DNA of 64,000 bases. Source: the human T2T-CHM13v2.0 reference genome, Homo sapiens. The stretch is taken from assembly GCF_009914755.1 (NCBI RefSeq), contig NC_060937.1; one strand, given 5' to 3'. Below the pieces are notes generated by a model. That model had not been told where the DNA came from, made no database searches, and worked only from the letters and a program-made list of their open reading frames with translations. Position numbers and translations under genes: made by a program. Shown piece by piece: positions 46,401-63,400 of this stretch (position 1 is its first letter; each line of letters starts with the position of its first letter).

Positions 46401-49400
46401 TTTAGATATGTACATAAAATATGAAAGTACATCAAATATAAATTATATACTGTACATAAAATACCAAAGAACCCCAAATATATATTATATACTATACATG
46501 AAATATCAAAGTTCACAAACTATATATTATATACTGTATATAAAATATCAAAGTACCCAAGGTATATATTCTGTACTGTATAAAAAATATCAAAGTACCC
46601 AAAGCATGTATTATATACTGTTCATAAAATATGAAAGTACATCAAATATATATTTTATTCTGTACATAAAATATCAAAGTACACCAAATATATATTCTAT
46701 AGTGTACATAAAATATCAAAGTACCTAAACTATACATTATATACTGTACATAAAATATGAAATTACATCAAATATATATTATATTAGGTACATAAAATAT
46801 GAAAGTACATCAAATATAGATTATATACAGTACATAAAATACCAAAGTACCTCAAATATATATTATATACTGTACATGCAATATCAAAGTTCACAAACTA
46901 TATATCATATACTGTACATAAAATATCAAAGTACCGAAGGTATATATTCTATACTGTACAAAAAATATCAAAGTACGCAAAGCATGTATTATATACTGTA
47001 CATAAAATATGAAAGTACATCAAATATATATTTTATTCTGTACATAAAATATCAAAGTACACCAAATATATATTCTATAGTGTACATAAAATATCAAAGT
47101 ACCCAAACCATACATTATATACTGTACATAAAATATGAAATTACATCAAATATATATTATAATAGGTACATAAAATATGAAAGTACATCAAATATAAATT
47201 ATATACTGTACATAAAATACCAAAGAACCCCATATATATATTATATACTGTACATGAAATATCAAAGTTCACAAACTATATATTATATACTGTATATAAA
47301 ATATAAAAGTACCCAAGGTATATATTCTATACTGTACAAAAAATATCAAAGTACCCAAAGCATGTATTATATACTGTTCATAAAATATGAAAGTACATCA
47401 AATATATATTTTATTCTGTACATAAAATATCAAAGTACACCAAATATATATTCTATAGTGTACATTAAATATCAAAGTACCCAAACTATACATTATATAC
47501 TGTACATAAAATATGAAATTACATCAAATATATATTTTATTAGGTACATAAAATATGAAAGTACATCAAATATAGATTATATACTGTACATAAAATACCA
47601 AAGTACCCCAAATACATATTATATACTGTACATGAAATATCAAACTTCACAAACTATATATTATATACTGTACATAAAATATCAAAGTACCGAAAATATA
47701 TATTCTATACTGTACAAAAAATATCAAAGTACCCAAAGCATGTATTATATACTGTACATAAAATATGAAAGTACATCAAATATATATTTTATTCTATACA
47801 TAAAATATCAAAGTACACCAAATATATATTCTATAGTGTACATAAAATATCAAAGTACCCAAACTATACATTACATACTGTACATAAAATATGAAATTAC
47901 ATCAAATATATATTATATTAGGTACATAAAATATGAAAATACATCAAATATAGATTATATACTGTACATAAAATACCAAAGTACCCCAAGTACATATTAT
48001 ATACTGTACATGAAATATCAAAGTTCACAAACTATATATTATATACTGTACATAAAATATCAAAGTACCCAAGGTATATATTCTATACTGTACAAAAAAT
48101 ATCAAAGTACCCAAAGCAAGTATTATATACTGTACGTAAAATATGAAAGTACATCAAATATATATTTTATTCTGTACATAAAGTATCAAAGTACACCAAA
48201 TATATATTCTATAGTGTACATAAAATATCAAAGTACCCAAACTATACATTATATACTGTACATAAAATATGAAATTACATCAAATATATATTATATTAGG
48301 TACTTAAAATATGAAAGTACATCAAATATAAATTATATACTGTACATAAAATACCAAAATACCCCAAATATATTTTATATACTGTACATGCAATATCAAA
48401 GTTCACAAACTATATATCATATACTGTACATAAAATATCAAAGTACCGAAGGTATATATTCTATAGTGTACAAAAAATATGAAAGTACGCAAAGCATGTA
48501 TTATATACTGTACATAAAATATGAAAGTACATCAAATATATATTTTATTCTGTACATAAAACATCAAAGTACACCAAATATATATTCTATAGTGTACATA
48601 AAATATCAAAGTACCCAAACTATACATTATAAACTGTAGATAAAATATGAAATTACATCAAATATATACTATATTATGTACATAAAATATGAAAGTACAT
48701 CAAATATAGATTATATACTGTACATAAAATACCAAAGTACCCCAAATATATATTTTATACTGTACATGCAATATCAAAGTTCACAAACTATATATTATAT
48801 ACTGTACATAAAATATCAAAGTACCCAAGGTATATATTCTATACTGTATAAAAAATATCAAAGTACGCAAAGCATGTATTATATACTGTACATAAAATAT
48901 GAAAGTACATCAAATATATATTTTATTCTGTACATAAAATATCAAAGTACACCAAATATATATTCTATAGTGTACATAAAATATCAAAGTACCCAAACTA
49001 TACATTATATACTGTACATAAAATATGAAATTACATCAAATATATATTATATTAGGTACATAAAATATGAAAGTACATCAAATATAGATTATATACTGTA
49101 CATAAAATACCAAAGAACCCCAAATATATATTATATACTGTACATGAAATATCAAAGTTCACAAACTATATATTATATACTGTATATAAAATATCAAAGT
49201 ACCCAAGGTATATATTCTGTACTGTATAAAAAATATCAAAGTACCCAAAGCATGTATTATATACTGTTCATAAAATATGAAAGTACATCAAATATGTATT
49301 TTATTCTGTACATAAAATATCAAAGTACACCAAATATATATTCTATAGGGTACATAAAATATCAAAGTACCCAAACTATACATTATATACTGTACATAAA

Positions 49401-52400
49401 ATATGAAATTACATCAAATATATATTATATTAGGTACATAAAATATGAAAGTACATCAAATATAGATTATATACTGTACATAAAATACCAAAGAACCCCA
49501 AATATATATTATATACTGTACATGAAATATCAAAGTTCACAAACTATATATTATATACTGTACATAAAATATCAAAGTACCCAAGGTATATTTTCTATAC
49601 TGTACAAAAAATATCAAAGTACCCAAAGCATGTATTATATACTGTTAATAAAATATGAAAGTACATCAAATATATATTTTATTCTGTACATAAAATATCA
49701 AAGTACACCAAATATATATTCTATAGTGTACATAAAATATCAAATTACCCAAACTATACATTATATACTGTACATAAAATATGAAATTACATCAAATATA
49801 TATTATATTAGGTACATAAAATATGAAAGTACATCAAATATAAATTATATACTGTACATAAAATATCAAAGTACCTCAAATATATAGTATATACTGTACA
49901 TGAAATATCAAAGTTCACAAGCTATATATTATATACTGCACATAAAATAGCAAAGTACCCAAGGTATATATTCTATACTGTACAAAAAATATAAAAGTAC
50001 CCAAAACATGTATTATATACTGTACATAAAATATGAAAGTACATCAAATATATATTTTATTCTGTACATAAAATATCAAAGTACACCAAATATATATTCT
50101 ATAGTGTACATAAAATATCAAAGTACCCAAAGTATACATTATATACTGTACATAAAATATGAAATTACATCAAATATATATTACATTAGGTACATAAAAT
50201 ATGAAAGTACATCAAATATAGATTATATACTGTACATAAAATATCAAAGTACCCCAAATATATATTATATACTGTACATGAAATATCAAAGTTCACAAAC
50301 TATATATTATATACTGTAAATAAAATATCAAAGTACCCTAGGTATATATTCTATACTGTACAAAATATATCAAAGTACCCAAAGCATGTATTATATACTG
50401 TACATAAAATATGAAAGTACATCAAATAAATAGTTTATTCTGTACATAAAATATCAAAGTACACCAAATATATATTCTATAGTGTACATAAAATATCAAA
50501 GTACCCAAACTATACATTATAAACTGTAGATAAAATATGAAATTACATCAAATATATACTATATTATGTACATAAAATATGAAAGTACATCAAATATAGA
50601 TTATATACTCTACATAAAATACCAAAGTACCCCAAATAAATATTTTATACTGTACATGCAATATCAAAGTTCACAAACTATATATTATATACTGTACATA
50701 AAATATCAAAGTACCGAAAATATATATTCTATACTGTACAAAAAATATCAAAGTACCCAAAGCATGTATTATATACTGTACATAAAATATGAAAGTACAT
50801 CAAATATATATTTTATTCTGTACATAAAATATCAAAGTACACCAAATATATATTCTATAGTGTACATAAAATATCAAAGTACCCAAACTATACATTACAT
50901 ACTGTACATAAAATATGAAATTACATCAAATATATATTATATTAGGTACATAAAATATGAAAGTACATCAAATATAAATTATATACAGTACATAAAATAC
51001 CAAAGAACCCCAAATATATATTATATACTGTACATGAAATATCAAAGTTCACAAACTATATATTATATACTGTACATAAAATATCAAAGTACCCAAGGTA
51101 TATATTCTATACTCTACAAAAAATATCAAAGTACCCAAAGCATGTATTATATACTTTACATAAAATATGAAAGTACATCAAATATACATTTAATTCTGTA
51201 CATAAAATATCAAAGTACACCAAATATATATTCGTTAGAGTACATAAAATATCAAAGTACCCAAACTATACATTATATACTGTACATAAAATATGAAATT
51301 ACATCAAATATATATTACATTAGGTACATAAAATATGAAAGTACATCAAATGTAGATTATATACGGTACATAAAAGACCAAAGTACACCAAGTATATATT
51401 ATATACTGTACATGCAATATCAAAGTTCACAAACTATATATTATATACTGTACATAAAATATCAAAGTACCCAATGTATATATTCTATACTGTACAAAAA
51501 ATATCAAAGTACCCAAAGCATGTATTATATACTGTACATAAAATATGAAAGTACATCAAATATATATTTTATTCTGTACATAAAATATCAAAGTACACTA
51601 AATATATATTCTATAGTGTACATAAAATATCAAAGTACCCAAACTATACATTATATACTGTACATAAAATATGAAATTACATCAAATATATATTATATTA
51701 GGTACATAAAATATGAAAGTACATCAAATATAGATTATATACTGTACATAAAATACCAAAGTACCCCAAATACATATTATATACTGTACATGAAATATCA
51801 AAGTTCACAAACGATATATTATATACTGTACATAAAATATCAAAGTACCCAAGGTATATATTCTATACTGTACAAAAAATATCAAAGTACCCAAAGCATG
51901 TATTATATACTCTTCATAAAATATGAAAGTACATCAAATATATATTTTATTCTGTACATAAAATATCAAAGTACACCAAATATATATTCTACAGTGTACA
52001 TCAAATATCAAACTACCCAAACTATACATTATATACTGTACATAAAATGTGAAATTACATCAAATATATATTATATTAGGTACATAAAATATGAAATTAC
52101 ATCAAATATATATTATATACTCTACATAAAATACCAAAGTACCCCAAATACATATTATATACTGTACATGCAATATCCAAGTGCACAAACTATATATTAT
52201 ATACTGTACATAAAATATCAAAGTAACGAAGCTATATATTCTATACTGTACAAAAAATATCAAAGTACCCAAAGCATGTATTATATACTGTACATAAAAT
52301 ATTAAAGTACATCAAATATATATTTTATTCTGTACATAAAATATCAAAGTACACAAAATATATATTCTATACTGTACATAAAATATCAAAGTACCCAAAC

Positions 52401-52545
52401 TATACATTATATACTGTACATAAAATATGAAATTACATCAAATATATATTATATTAGGTACATAAAATATGAAAGTACATCAAATATAGATTATATACTG
52501 TACATAAAATACCAAAGTACCCCAAATACATATTATATACTGTAC

Positions 52546-52754
52546 AAGAAATATCAAAGTTCATAAACTATATATTATATACTGTACATAAAATATCAAA
52601 GTACCCAAGGTATATATTCTATACTGTACAAAAATATCAAAGTACCCAAAGCATGTATTATATACTGTACATACAATATGAAAGTACATCAAATATAGAT
52701 TATATACTGTACATAAAATACCAAAGAACCGCAAATATATATTATATAGTGTAC
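52546..52754 (+). repeat. Truncated 5-mer HOR (M3 joined to M8); second copy at 54267-54476
   Basis: M3 is followed by M8 (atagatt) and then M9. Both copies carry the rare variants acaatatg and aagaaccgcaaat. Confidence 0.85.
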
Positions 52755-54476
52755 ATGAAATATCAAAGTTCACAAACTATATATTATATACTGTACATAA
52801 AATATCAAAGTACCCAAGGTATATATTCTATACTGTACAAAAAGTATCAAAGTACCCAAAGCATGTATTATATACTGTACATAAAATAATAACGTACATC
52901 AAATATATATTTTATTCTGTACATAAAATATCAAAGTACACTAAATATATATTCTATAGTGTACATAAAATATCAAAGTACCCAAACTATACATTATATA
53001 CTGTACATAAAATATGAAATTACATCAAATATATATTATATTATGTACATAAAATATGAAAGTACATCAAATATAAATTATATACTGTACATAAAATACC
53101 AAAGTAACCCAAATATATATTATATACTGTACATGCAATATCAAAGTTCACAAACTATATATCATATACTGTACATAAAATATCAAAGTACCGAAGGTAT
53201 ATATTCTATACTGTACAAAAAATATGAAATTACGCAAAGCATGTATTATATACTGTACATAAAATATGAAAGTACATCAAATATATATTTTATTCTGTAC
53301 ATAAAATATCAAAGTACACCAAATATATATTCTATAGTGTACATAAAATATCAAAGTACCCAAACTATACATTATATACTGTACATAAAATATGAAACTA
53401 CATCAAATATATATTATAATAGGTACATAAAATATGAAAGTACATCAAATATAAATTATATACTGCACATAAAATACCAAAGAACACCAAATATATATTA
53501 TATACTGTACATGAAATATCAAAGTTCACAAACTATATATTATATACTGTATATAAAATATCAAAGTACCCAAGGTATATATTCTGTACTGTATAAAAAA
53601 TATCAAAGTACCCAAAGCATGTATTATATACTGTTCATAAAATATGAAAGTTCATCAAATATATATTTTATTCTGTACATAAAATATCAAAGTACACCAA
53701 ATATATATTCTATAGTGTACATAAAATATCAAAGTACCCAAACCATACATTATATACTGTACATAAAATATGAAATTACATCAAATATATATTATATTAG
53801 GTACATAAAATATGAAAGTACATCAAATATTGATTATATAGTGTACATAAAATACCAAAGTATCCCAAATATATATTATATACAGTACATGAAATATCAA
53901 AGTTCACAAACTATATATTATATACTGTACATAAAATATCAAGGTACACAAGGAATATATTCTATACTCTACAAAAAATATCAAATTACCCAAAGCATGT
54001 ATTATATACGGTACATAAAATATGAAAGTACATCAAATATATAATTAATTCTGTACATAAAATATCAAAGTACACCAAATATATATTCTATAGTGTACAT
54101 AAAATATCAAATTACCCAAACTATACATTATATACTGTACATAAAATATGAAATTACGTCAAATATATATTATATTATGTACATAAAATATGAAAGTACA
54201 TCAAATATAGATTATATACTGTACATAAAATACCAAAGTACACCAAATATATATTTTATACTGTACATGAAATATCAAAGTTCACAAACTATGTATTATA
54301 TACTGTAGATAAAATATCAAAGTACCCAAGGTATGTATTCTATACTGTACAAAAAATATGAAAGTACCCAAAGCATGTATTATATACTGTACACACAATA
54401 TGAAAGTACATCAAATATAGATTATATACTGTACATAAAATACCAAAGAACCGCAAATATATATTATATACTGTAC

Positions 54477-57400
54477 ATGAAATATCAAAGTTCACAAACT
54501 ATATATTATATACTGTACATAAAATAAAAATGTGCCCAAGGTATATATTCTATACTGTACAAAAAATATCAAAGTACCCAAAACATGTATTATATACTGT
54601 ACATAAAATATGAAAGTACATCAAATATATATTTTATTCTGTACATAAAATATCAAAGTACACCAAATATATATTCTATAGTGTACATAAAATATCAAAG
54701 TACCCAAACTATACATTATATACTGTACATAAAATATGAAATTACATCAAATATATATTATAATAGGTACATAAAATATGAAAGTACATCAAATATAAAT
54801 TATGTACTGTACATAAAATACCAAAGAACCCCAAATATATATTATATACTGTACATGAAATATCAAAGTTCACAAACTATATATTATATACTGTACATAA
54901 AATATCAAAGTACCCAAGGTATATATTCTATACTGTACAAAAAATATCAAAGTACCCAAAGCATGTATTATATACTGTACATAAAATATGAAAGTACATC
55001 AAATAAATGTTTTATTCTGTACATAAAATATCAAAGTACACCAAATATATATTCTACACTGTACATAAAATATCAAAGTACCCAAACTATACATTATAAA
55101 CTGTACATAAAATATGAAATTACATCAATATATACTATATTATGTACATAAAATATGAAAGTACATCAAATATAGATTATATACTGTACATAAAATACCA
55201 AAGTACACCAAATATATATTTTATACTGTACATGCAATATCACAGTTCACAAACTATATATTATATACTGTACATAAAATATCAAAGTACCCAAGGTATA
55301 TATTCTATACTGTGCAAAAAATATCAAAGTACCCAAAGCATGTATTATATACTGTACATAAAATATGAAAGTACATCAAATATATATTTTATTCTGTACA
55401 TAAAATATCAAAGTACACCAAATATATATTCTATAGTGTACATAAAATATCAAAGTACCCAAACTATACATTATATACTGTACATAAAATATGAAATTAC
55501 ATCAAATATATATTATAATAGGTACATAAAATATGAAAGTACATCAAATATAAATTATGTACTGTACATAAAATACCAAAGAACCCCAAATATATATTAT
55601 ATACTGTACATGAAATATCAAAGTTCACAAACTATATATTATATACTGTACATAAAATATCAAAGTACCCAAGGTATATATTCTATACTGTACAAAAAAT
55701 ATCAAAGTACCCAAAGCATGTATTATATACTGTACATAAAATATGAAAGTACATCAAATAAATGTTTTATTCTGTACATAAAATATCAAGGTACACCAAA
55801 TATATATTCTATAGTGTACATAAAATATCAAAGTACCCAAACTATACATTATATACTGTACATAAAATATGAAATTACATCAAATATATATTATAATAGG
55901 TACATAAAATATGAAAGTACATCAAATATAAATTATGTACTGTACATAAAATACCAAAGAACCCCAAATATATATTATATACTGTACATGAAATATCAAA
56001 GTTCACAAACTATATATTATATACTGTACATAAAATATCAAAGTACCCAAGGTATATATTCTGTACTGTACAAAAAATATCAAAGTACCCAAAGCATGTA
56101 TTATATACTGTACATAAAATATGAAAGTACATCAAATAAATGTTTTATTCTGTACATAAAATATCAAAGTACACCAAATATATATTCTACACTGTACATA
56201 AAATATCAAAGTACCCAAACTATACACTATAAACTGTACTTAAAATATGAAATTACATCAATATATACTATATTATGTACATAAAATATGAAAGTACATC
56301 AAATATAGATTATATACTGTACATAAAATACCAAAGTACACCAAATATATATTTTATACTGTACATGCAATATCACAGTTCACAAACTATATATTATATA
56401 CTGTACATAAAATATCAAAGTACCCAAGGTATATATTCTATACTGTGCAAAAAATATCAAAGTACCCAAAGCATGTATTATATACTGTACATAAAATATG
56501 AAAGTACATCAAATATATATTTTATTCTGTACATAAAATATCAAAGTACACTAAATATATATTCTATAGTGTACATAAAATATCAAAGTACCCAAACTAT
56601 ACATTATATAGTGTACATAAAATATGAAATTACATCAAATATATATTATATTAGGTACATAAAATATGAAAGTACATCAAATATAGATTATATACTGTAC
56701 ATAAAATACCAAAGTACCCCAAATACATATTATATACTGTACATGCAATATCAAAGTTCACAAACTATATATTATATACTGTACATAAAATATCAAAGCA
56801 CCCAAGGTATATATTCTATACTGTACAAAAAATATAAAAGTACCCAAAACATGTATTATATACTGTACATAAAATATGAAAGTACATCAAATATATATTT
56901 TATTCTGTACATAAAATATCAAAGTACACCAAATATATATTCTATAGTGTACATAAAATATCAAAGTACCCAAACTATACATTATATACTGTACATAAAA
57001 TATGAAATTACATCAAATATATATTATAATAGGTACATAAAATATGAAAGTACATCAAATATAAATTATGTACTGTACATAAAATACCAAAGAACCCCAA
57101 ATATATATTATATACTGTACATGAAATATCAAAGTTCACAAACTATATATTATATACTGTACATAAAATATCAAAGTACCCAAGGTATATATTCTATACT
57201 GTACAAAAAATATCAAAGTACCCAAAGCATGTATTATATACTGTACATAAAATATGAAAGTACATCAAATAAATGTTTTATTCTGTACATAAAATATCAA
57301 AGTACACCAAATATATATTCTATAGTGTACATAAAATATCAAAGTACCCAAACTATACATTATATACTGTACATAAAATATGAAATTACATCAAATATAT

Positions 57401-60400
57401 ATTATAATAGGTACATAAAATATGAAAGTACATCAAATATAAATTATGTACTGTACATAAAATACCAAAGAACCCCAAATATATATTATATACTGTACAT
57501 GAAATATCAAAGTTCACAAACTATATATTATATACTGTACATAAAATATCAAAGTACCCAAGGTATATATTCTGTACTGTACAAAAAATATCAAAGTACC
57601 CAAAGCATGTATTATATACTGTACATAAAATATGAAAGTACATCAAATAAATGTTTTATTCTGTACATAAAATATCAAAGTACACCAAATATATATTCTA
57701 CACTGTACATAAAATATCAAAGTACCCAAACTATACATTATAAACTGTACATAAAATATGAAATTACATCAATATATACTATATTATGTACATAAAATAT
57801 GAAAGTACATCAAATATAGATTATATACTGTACATAAAATACCAAAGTACACCAAATATATATTTTATACTGTACATGCAATATCACAGTTCACAAACTA
57901 TATATTATATACTGTACATAAAATATCAAAGTACCCAAGGTATATATTCTATACTGTGCAAAAAATATCAAAGTACCCAAAGCATGTATTATATACTGTA
58001 CATAAAATATGAAAGTACATCAAATATATATTTTATTCTGTACATAAAATATCAAAGTACACTAAATATATAATCTATAGTGTACATAAAATATCAAAGT
58101 ACCCAAACTATACATTATATAGTGTACATAAAATATGAAATTACATCAAATATATATTATATTAGGTACATAAAATATGAAAGTACATCAAATATAGATT
58201 ATATACTGTACATAAAATACCAAAGTACCCCAAATACATATTATATACTGTACATGCAATATCAAAGTTCACAAACTATATATTATATACTGTACATAAA
58301 ATATCAAAGCACCCAAGGTATATATTCTATACTGTACAAAAAATATAAAAGTACCCAAAACATGTATTATATACTGTACATAAAATATGAAAGTACATCA
58401 AATATATATTTTATTCTGTACATAAAATATCAAAGTACACCAAATATATATTCTATAGTGTACATAAAATATCAAAGTACCCAAACTATACATTATATAC
58501 TGTACATAAAATATGAAATTACATCAAATATATATTATAATAGGTACATAAAATATGAAAGTACATCAAATATAAATTATGTACTGTACATAAAATACCA
58601 AAGAACCCCAAATATATATTATATACTGTACATGAAATATCAAAGTTCACAAACTATATATTATATACTGTACATAAAATATCAAAGTACCCAAGGTATA
58701 TATTCTATACTGTACAAAAAATATCAAAGTACCCAAAGCATGTATTATATACTGTACATAAAATATGAAAGTACATCAAATAAATGTTTTATTCTGTACA
58801 TAAAATATCAAAGTACACCAAATATATATTCTATAGTGTACATAAAATATCAAAGTACCCAAACTATACATTATATACTGTACATAAAATATGAAATTAC
58901 ATCAAATATATATTATAATAGGTACATAAAATATGAAAGTACATCAAATATAAATTATGTACTGTACATAAAATACCAAAGAACCCCAAATATATATTAT
59001 ATACTGTACATGAAATATCAAAGTTCACAAACTATATATTATATACTGTACATAAAATATCAAAGTACCCAAGGTATATATTCTATACTGTACAAAAAAT
59101 ATCAAAGTACCCAAAGCATGTATTATATACTGTACATAAAATATGAAAGTACATCAAATAAATGTTTTATTCTGTACATAAAATATCAAAGTACACCAAA
59201 TATATATTCTACACTGTACATAAAATATCAAAGTACCCAAACTATACATTATAAACTGTACATAAAATATGAAATTACATCAATATATACTATATTATGT
59301 ACATAAAATATGAAAGTACATCAAATATAGATTATATACTGTACATAAAATACCAAAGTACACCAAATATATATTTTATACTGTACATGCAATATCACAG
59401 TTCACAAACTATATATTATATACTGTACATAAAATATCAAAGTACCCAAGGTATATATTCTATACTGTGCAAAAAATATCAAAGTACCCAAAGCATGTAT
59501 TATATACTGTACATAAAATATGAAAGTACATCAAATATATATTTTATTCTGTACATAAAATATCAAAGTACACTAAATATATATTCTATAGTGTACATAA
59601 AATATCAAAGTACCCAAACTATACATTATATAGTGTACATAAAATATGAAATTACATCAAATATATATTATATTAGGTACATAAAATATGAAAGTACATC
59701 AAATATAGATTATATACTGTACATAAAATACCAAAGTACCCCAAATACATATTATATACTGTACATGCAATATCAAAGTTCACAAACTATATATTATATA
59801 CTGTACATAAAATATCAAAGCACCCAAGGTATATATTCTATACTGTACAAAAAATATAAAAGTACCCAAAACATGTATTATATACTGTACATAAAATATG
59901 AAAGTACATCAAATATATATTTTATTCTGTACATAAAATATCAAAGTACACCAAATATATATTCTATAGTGTACATAAAATATCAAAGTACCCAAACTAT
60001 ACATTATATACTGTACATAAAATATGAAATTACATCAAATATATATTATAATAGGTACATAAAATATGAAAGTACATCAAATATAAATTATGTACTGTAC
60101 ATAAAATACCAAAGAACCCCAAATATATATTATATACTGTACATGAAATATCAAAGTTCACAAACTATATATTATATACTGTACATAAAATATCAAAGTA
60201 CCCAAGGTATATATTCTATACTGTACAAAAAATATCAAAGTACCCAAAGCATGTATCATATACTGTACATAAAATATGAAAGTACATCAAATATATATTT
60301 TATTCTGTACATAAAATATCAAAGTACACCAAATATATATTCTATAGTGTACATAAAATATCAAAGTACCCAAACTATACATTTTATACTGTACATAAAA

Positions 60401-63400
60401 TATGAAATTATATCAAATATATATTACATTAGGTACATAAAATATGAAAGTACATCAAATATAGATTATATACTGTACATAAAATATCAAATTACCCCAA
60501 ATATATATTATATACTGTACATGAAATATCAAAGTTCACAAACTATATATTATATACTGTACATAAAATATCAAAGTACCCAAGGTATATATTCTGTACT
60601 GTACAAAAAATATAAAAGTACCCAAAACATGTATTATATACTGTACATAAAAGATGAAAGTACATCAAATATATATTTTATTCTGTACATAAAATATCAA
60701 AGTACACCAAATATATATTCTATAGTGTACATAAAATATCAAAGTACCCAAACTATACATTATATACTGTACATAAAATATGAAATTACATCAAATATAT
60801 ATTATAATAGGTACATAAAATATGAAAGTACATCAAATATAAATTATGTACTGTACATAAAATACCAAAGAACCCCAAATATATATTATATACTGTACAT
60901 GAAATATCAAAGTTCACAAACTATATATTATATACTGTACATAAAATATCAAAGTACCCAAGGTATATATTCTATACTGTACAAAAAATATCAAAGTACC
61001 CAAAGCATGTATCATATACTGTACATAAAATATGAAAGTACATCAAATATATATTTTATTCTGTACATAAAATATCAAAGTACACCAAATATATATTCTA
61101 TAGTGTACATAAAATATCAAAGTACCCAAACTATACATTTTATACTGTACATAAAATATGAAATTATATCAAATATATATTACATTAGGTACATAAAATA
61201 TGAAAGTACATCAAATATAGATTATATACTGTACATAAAATATCAAATTACCCCAAATATATATTATATACTGTACATGAAATATCAAAGTTCACAAACT
61301 ATATATTATATACTGTACATAAAATATCAAAGTACCCAAGGTATATATTCTGTACTGTACAAAAAATATCAAAGTACCCAAAGCATGTATTATATACTGT
61401 ACATAAAATATGAAATTACATCAAATAAATGTTTTATTCTGTACATAAAATATCAAAGTACACCAAATATATATTCTACACTGTACATAAAATATCAAAG
61501 TACCCAAACTATACATTATAAACTGTACATAAAATATGAAATTACATCAATATATACTATATTATGTACATAAAATATGAAAGTACATCAAATATAGATT
61601 ATATACTGTACATAAAATACCAAAGTACACCAAATATATATTTTATACTGTACATGCAATATCACAGTTCACAAACTATATATTATATACTGTACATAAA
61701 ATATCAAAGTACCCAAGGTATATATTCTATACTGTGCAAAAAATATCAAAGTACCCAAAGCATGTATTATATACTGTACATAAAATATGAAAGTACATCA
61801 AATATATATTTTATTCTGTACATAAAATATCAAAGTACACTAAATATATATTCTATAGTGTACATAAAATATCAAAGTACCCAAACTATACATTATATAG
61901 TGTACATAAAATATGAAATTACATCAAATATATATTATATTAGGTACATAAAATATGAAAGTACATCAAATATAGATTATATACTGTACATAAAATACCA
62001 AAGTACCCCAAATACATATTATATACTGTACATGCAATATCAAAGTTCACAAACTATATATTATATACTGTACATAAAATATCAAAGCACCCAAGGTATA
62101 TATTCTATACTGTACAAAAAATATAAAAGTACCCAAAACATGTATTATATACTGTACATAAAATATGAAAGTACATCAAATATATATTTTATTCTGTACA
62201 TAAAATATCAAAGTACACCAAATATATATTCTATAGTGTACATAAAATATCAAAGTACCCAAACTATACATTATATACTGTACATAAAATATGAAATTAC
62301 ATCAAATATATATTATAATAGGTACATAAAATATGAAAGTACATCAAATATAAATTATGTACTGTACATAAAATACCAAAGAACCCCAAATATATATTAT
62401 ATACTGTACATGAAATATCAAAGTTCACAAACTATATATTATATACTGTACATAAAATATCAAAGTACCCAAGGTATATATTCTATACTGTACAAAAAAT
62501 ATCAAAGTACCCAAAGCATGTATCATATACTGTACATAAAATATGAAAGTACATCAAATATATATTTTATTCTGTACATAAAATATCAAAGTACACCAAA
62601 TATATATTCTATAGTGTACATAAAATATCAAAGTACCCAAACTGTACATTTTATACTGTACATAAAATATGAAATTATATCAAATATATATTACATTAGG
62701 TACATAAAATATGAAAGTACATCAAATATAGATTATATACTGTACATAAAATATCAAATTACCCCAAATATATATTATATACTGTACATGAAATATCAAA
62801 GTTCACAAACTATATATTATATACTGTACATAAAATATCAAAGTACCCAAGGTATATATTCTGTACTGTACAAAAAATATCAAAGTACCCAAAGCATGTA
62901 TTATATACTGTACATAAAATATGAAAGTACATCAAATAAATGTTTTATTCTGTACATAAAATATCAAAGTACACCAAATATATATTCTACACTGTACATA
63001 AAATATCAAAGTACCCAAACTATACATTATAAACTGTACATAAAATATGAAATTACATCAATATATACTATATTATGTACATAAAATATGAAAGTACATC
63101 AAATATAGATTATATACTGTACATAAAATATCAAATTACCCCAAATATATATTATATACTGTACATGAAATATCAAAGTTCACAAACTATATATTATATA
63201 CTGTACATAAAATATCAAAGTACCCAAGGTATATATTCTGTACTGTACAAAAAATATAAAAGTACCCAAAACATGTATTATATACTGTACATAAAATATG
63301 AAAGTACATCAAATATATATTTTATTCTGTACATAAAATATCAAAGTACACCAAATATATATTCTATAGTGTACATAAAATATCAAAGTACCCAAACTAT

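Larger units (their letters stand above)
39321..54476 (+). repeat. Heterogeneous HSat1A HOR layer without a single dominant super-period
   Basis: The 378-bp HOR continues, but with many private substitutions, no 11,876 match and only scattered short duplications. Confidence 0.8.

Noticed and set aside
41-63084. Long + strand ORFs (up to 1,386 aa) as protein-coding genes
   Set aside because: They are pure translations of the 42-bp satellite. There is no unique domain or non-repetitive flank, and starts and stops are set by point mutations and indels that recur with the repeat period.
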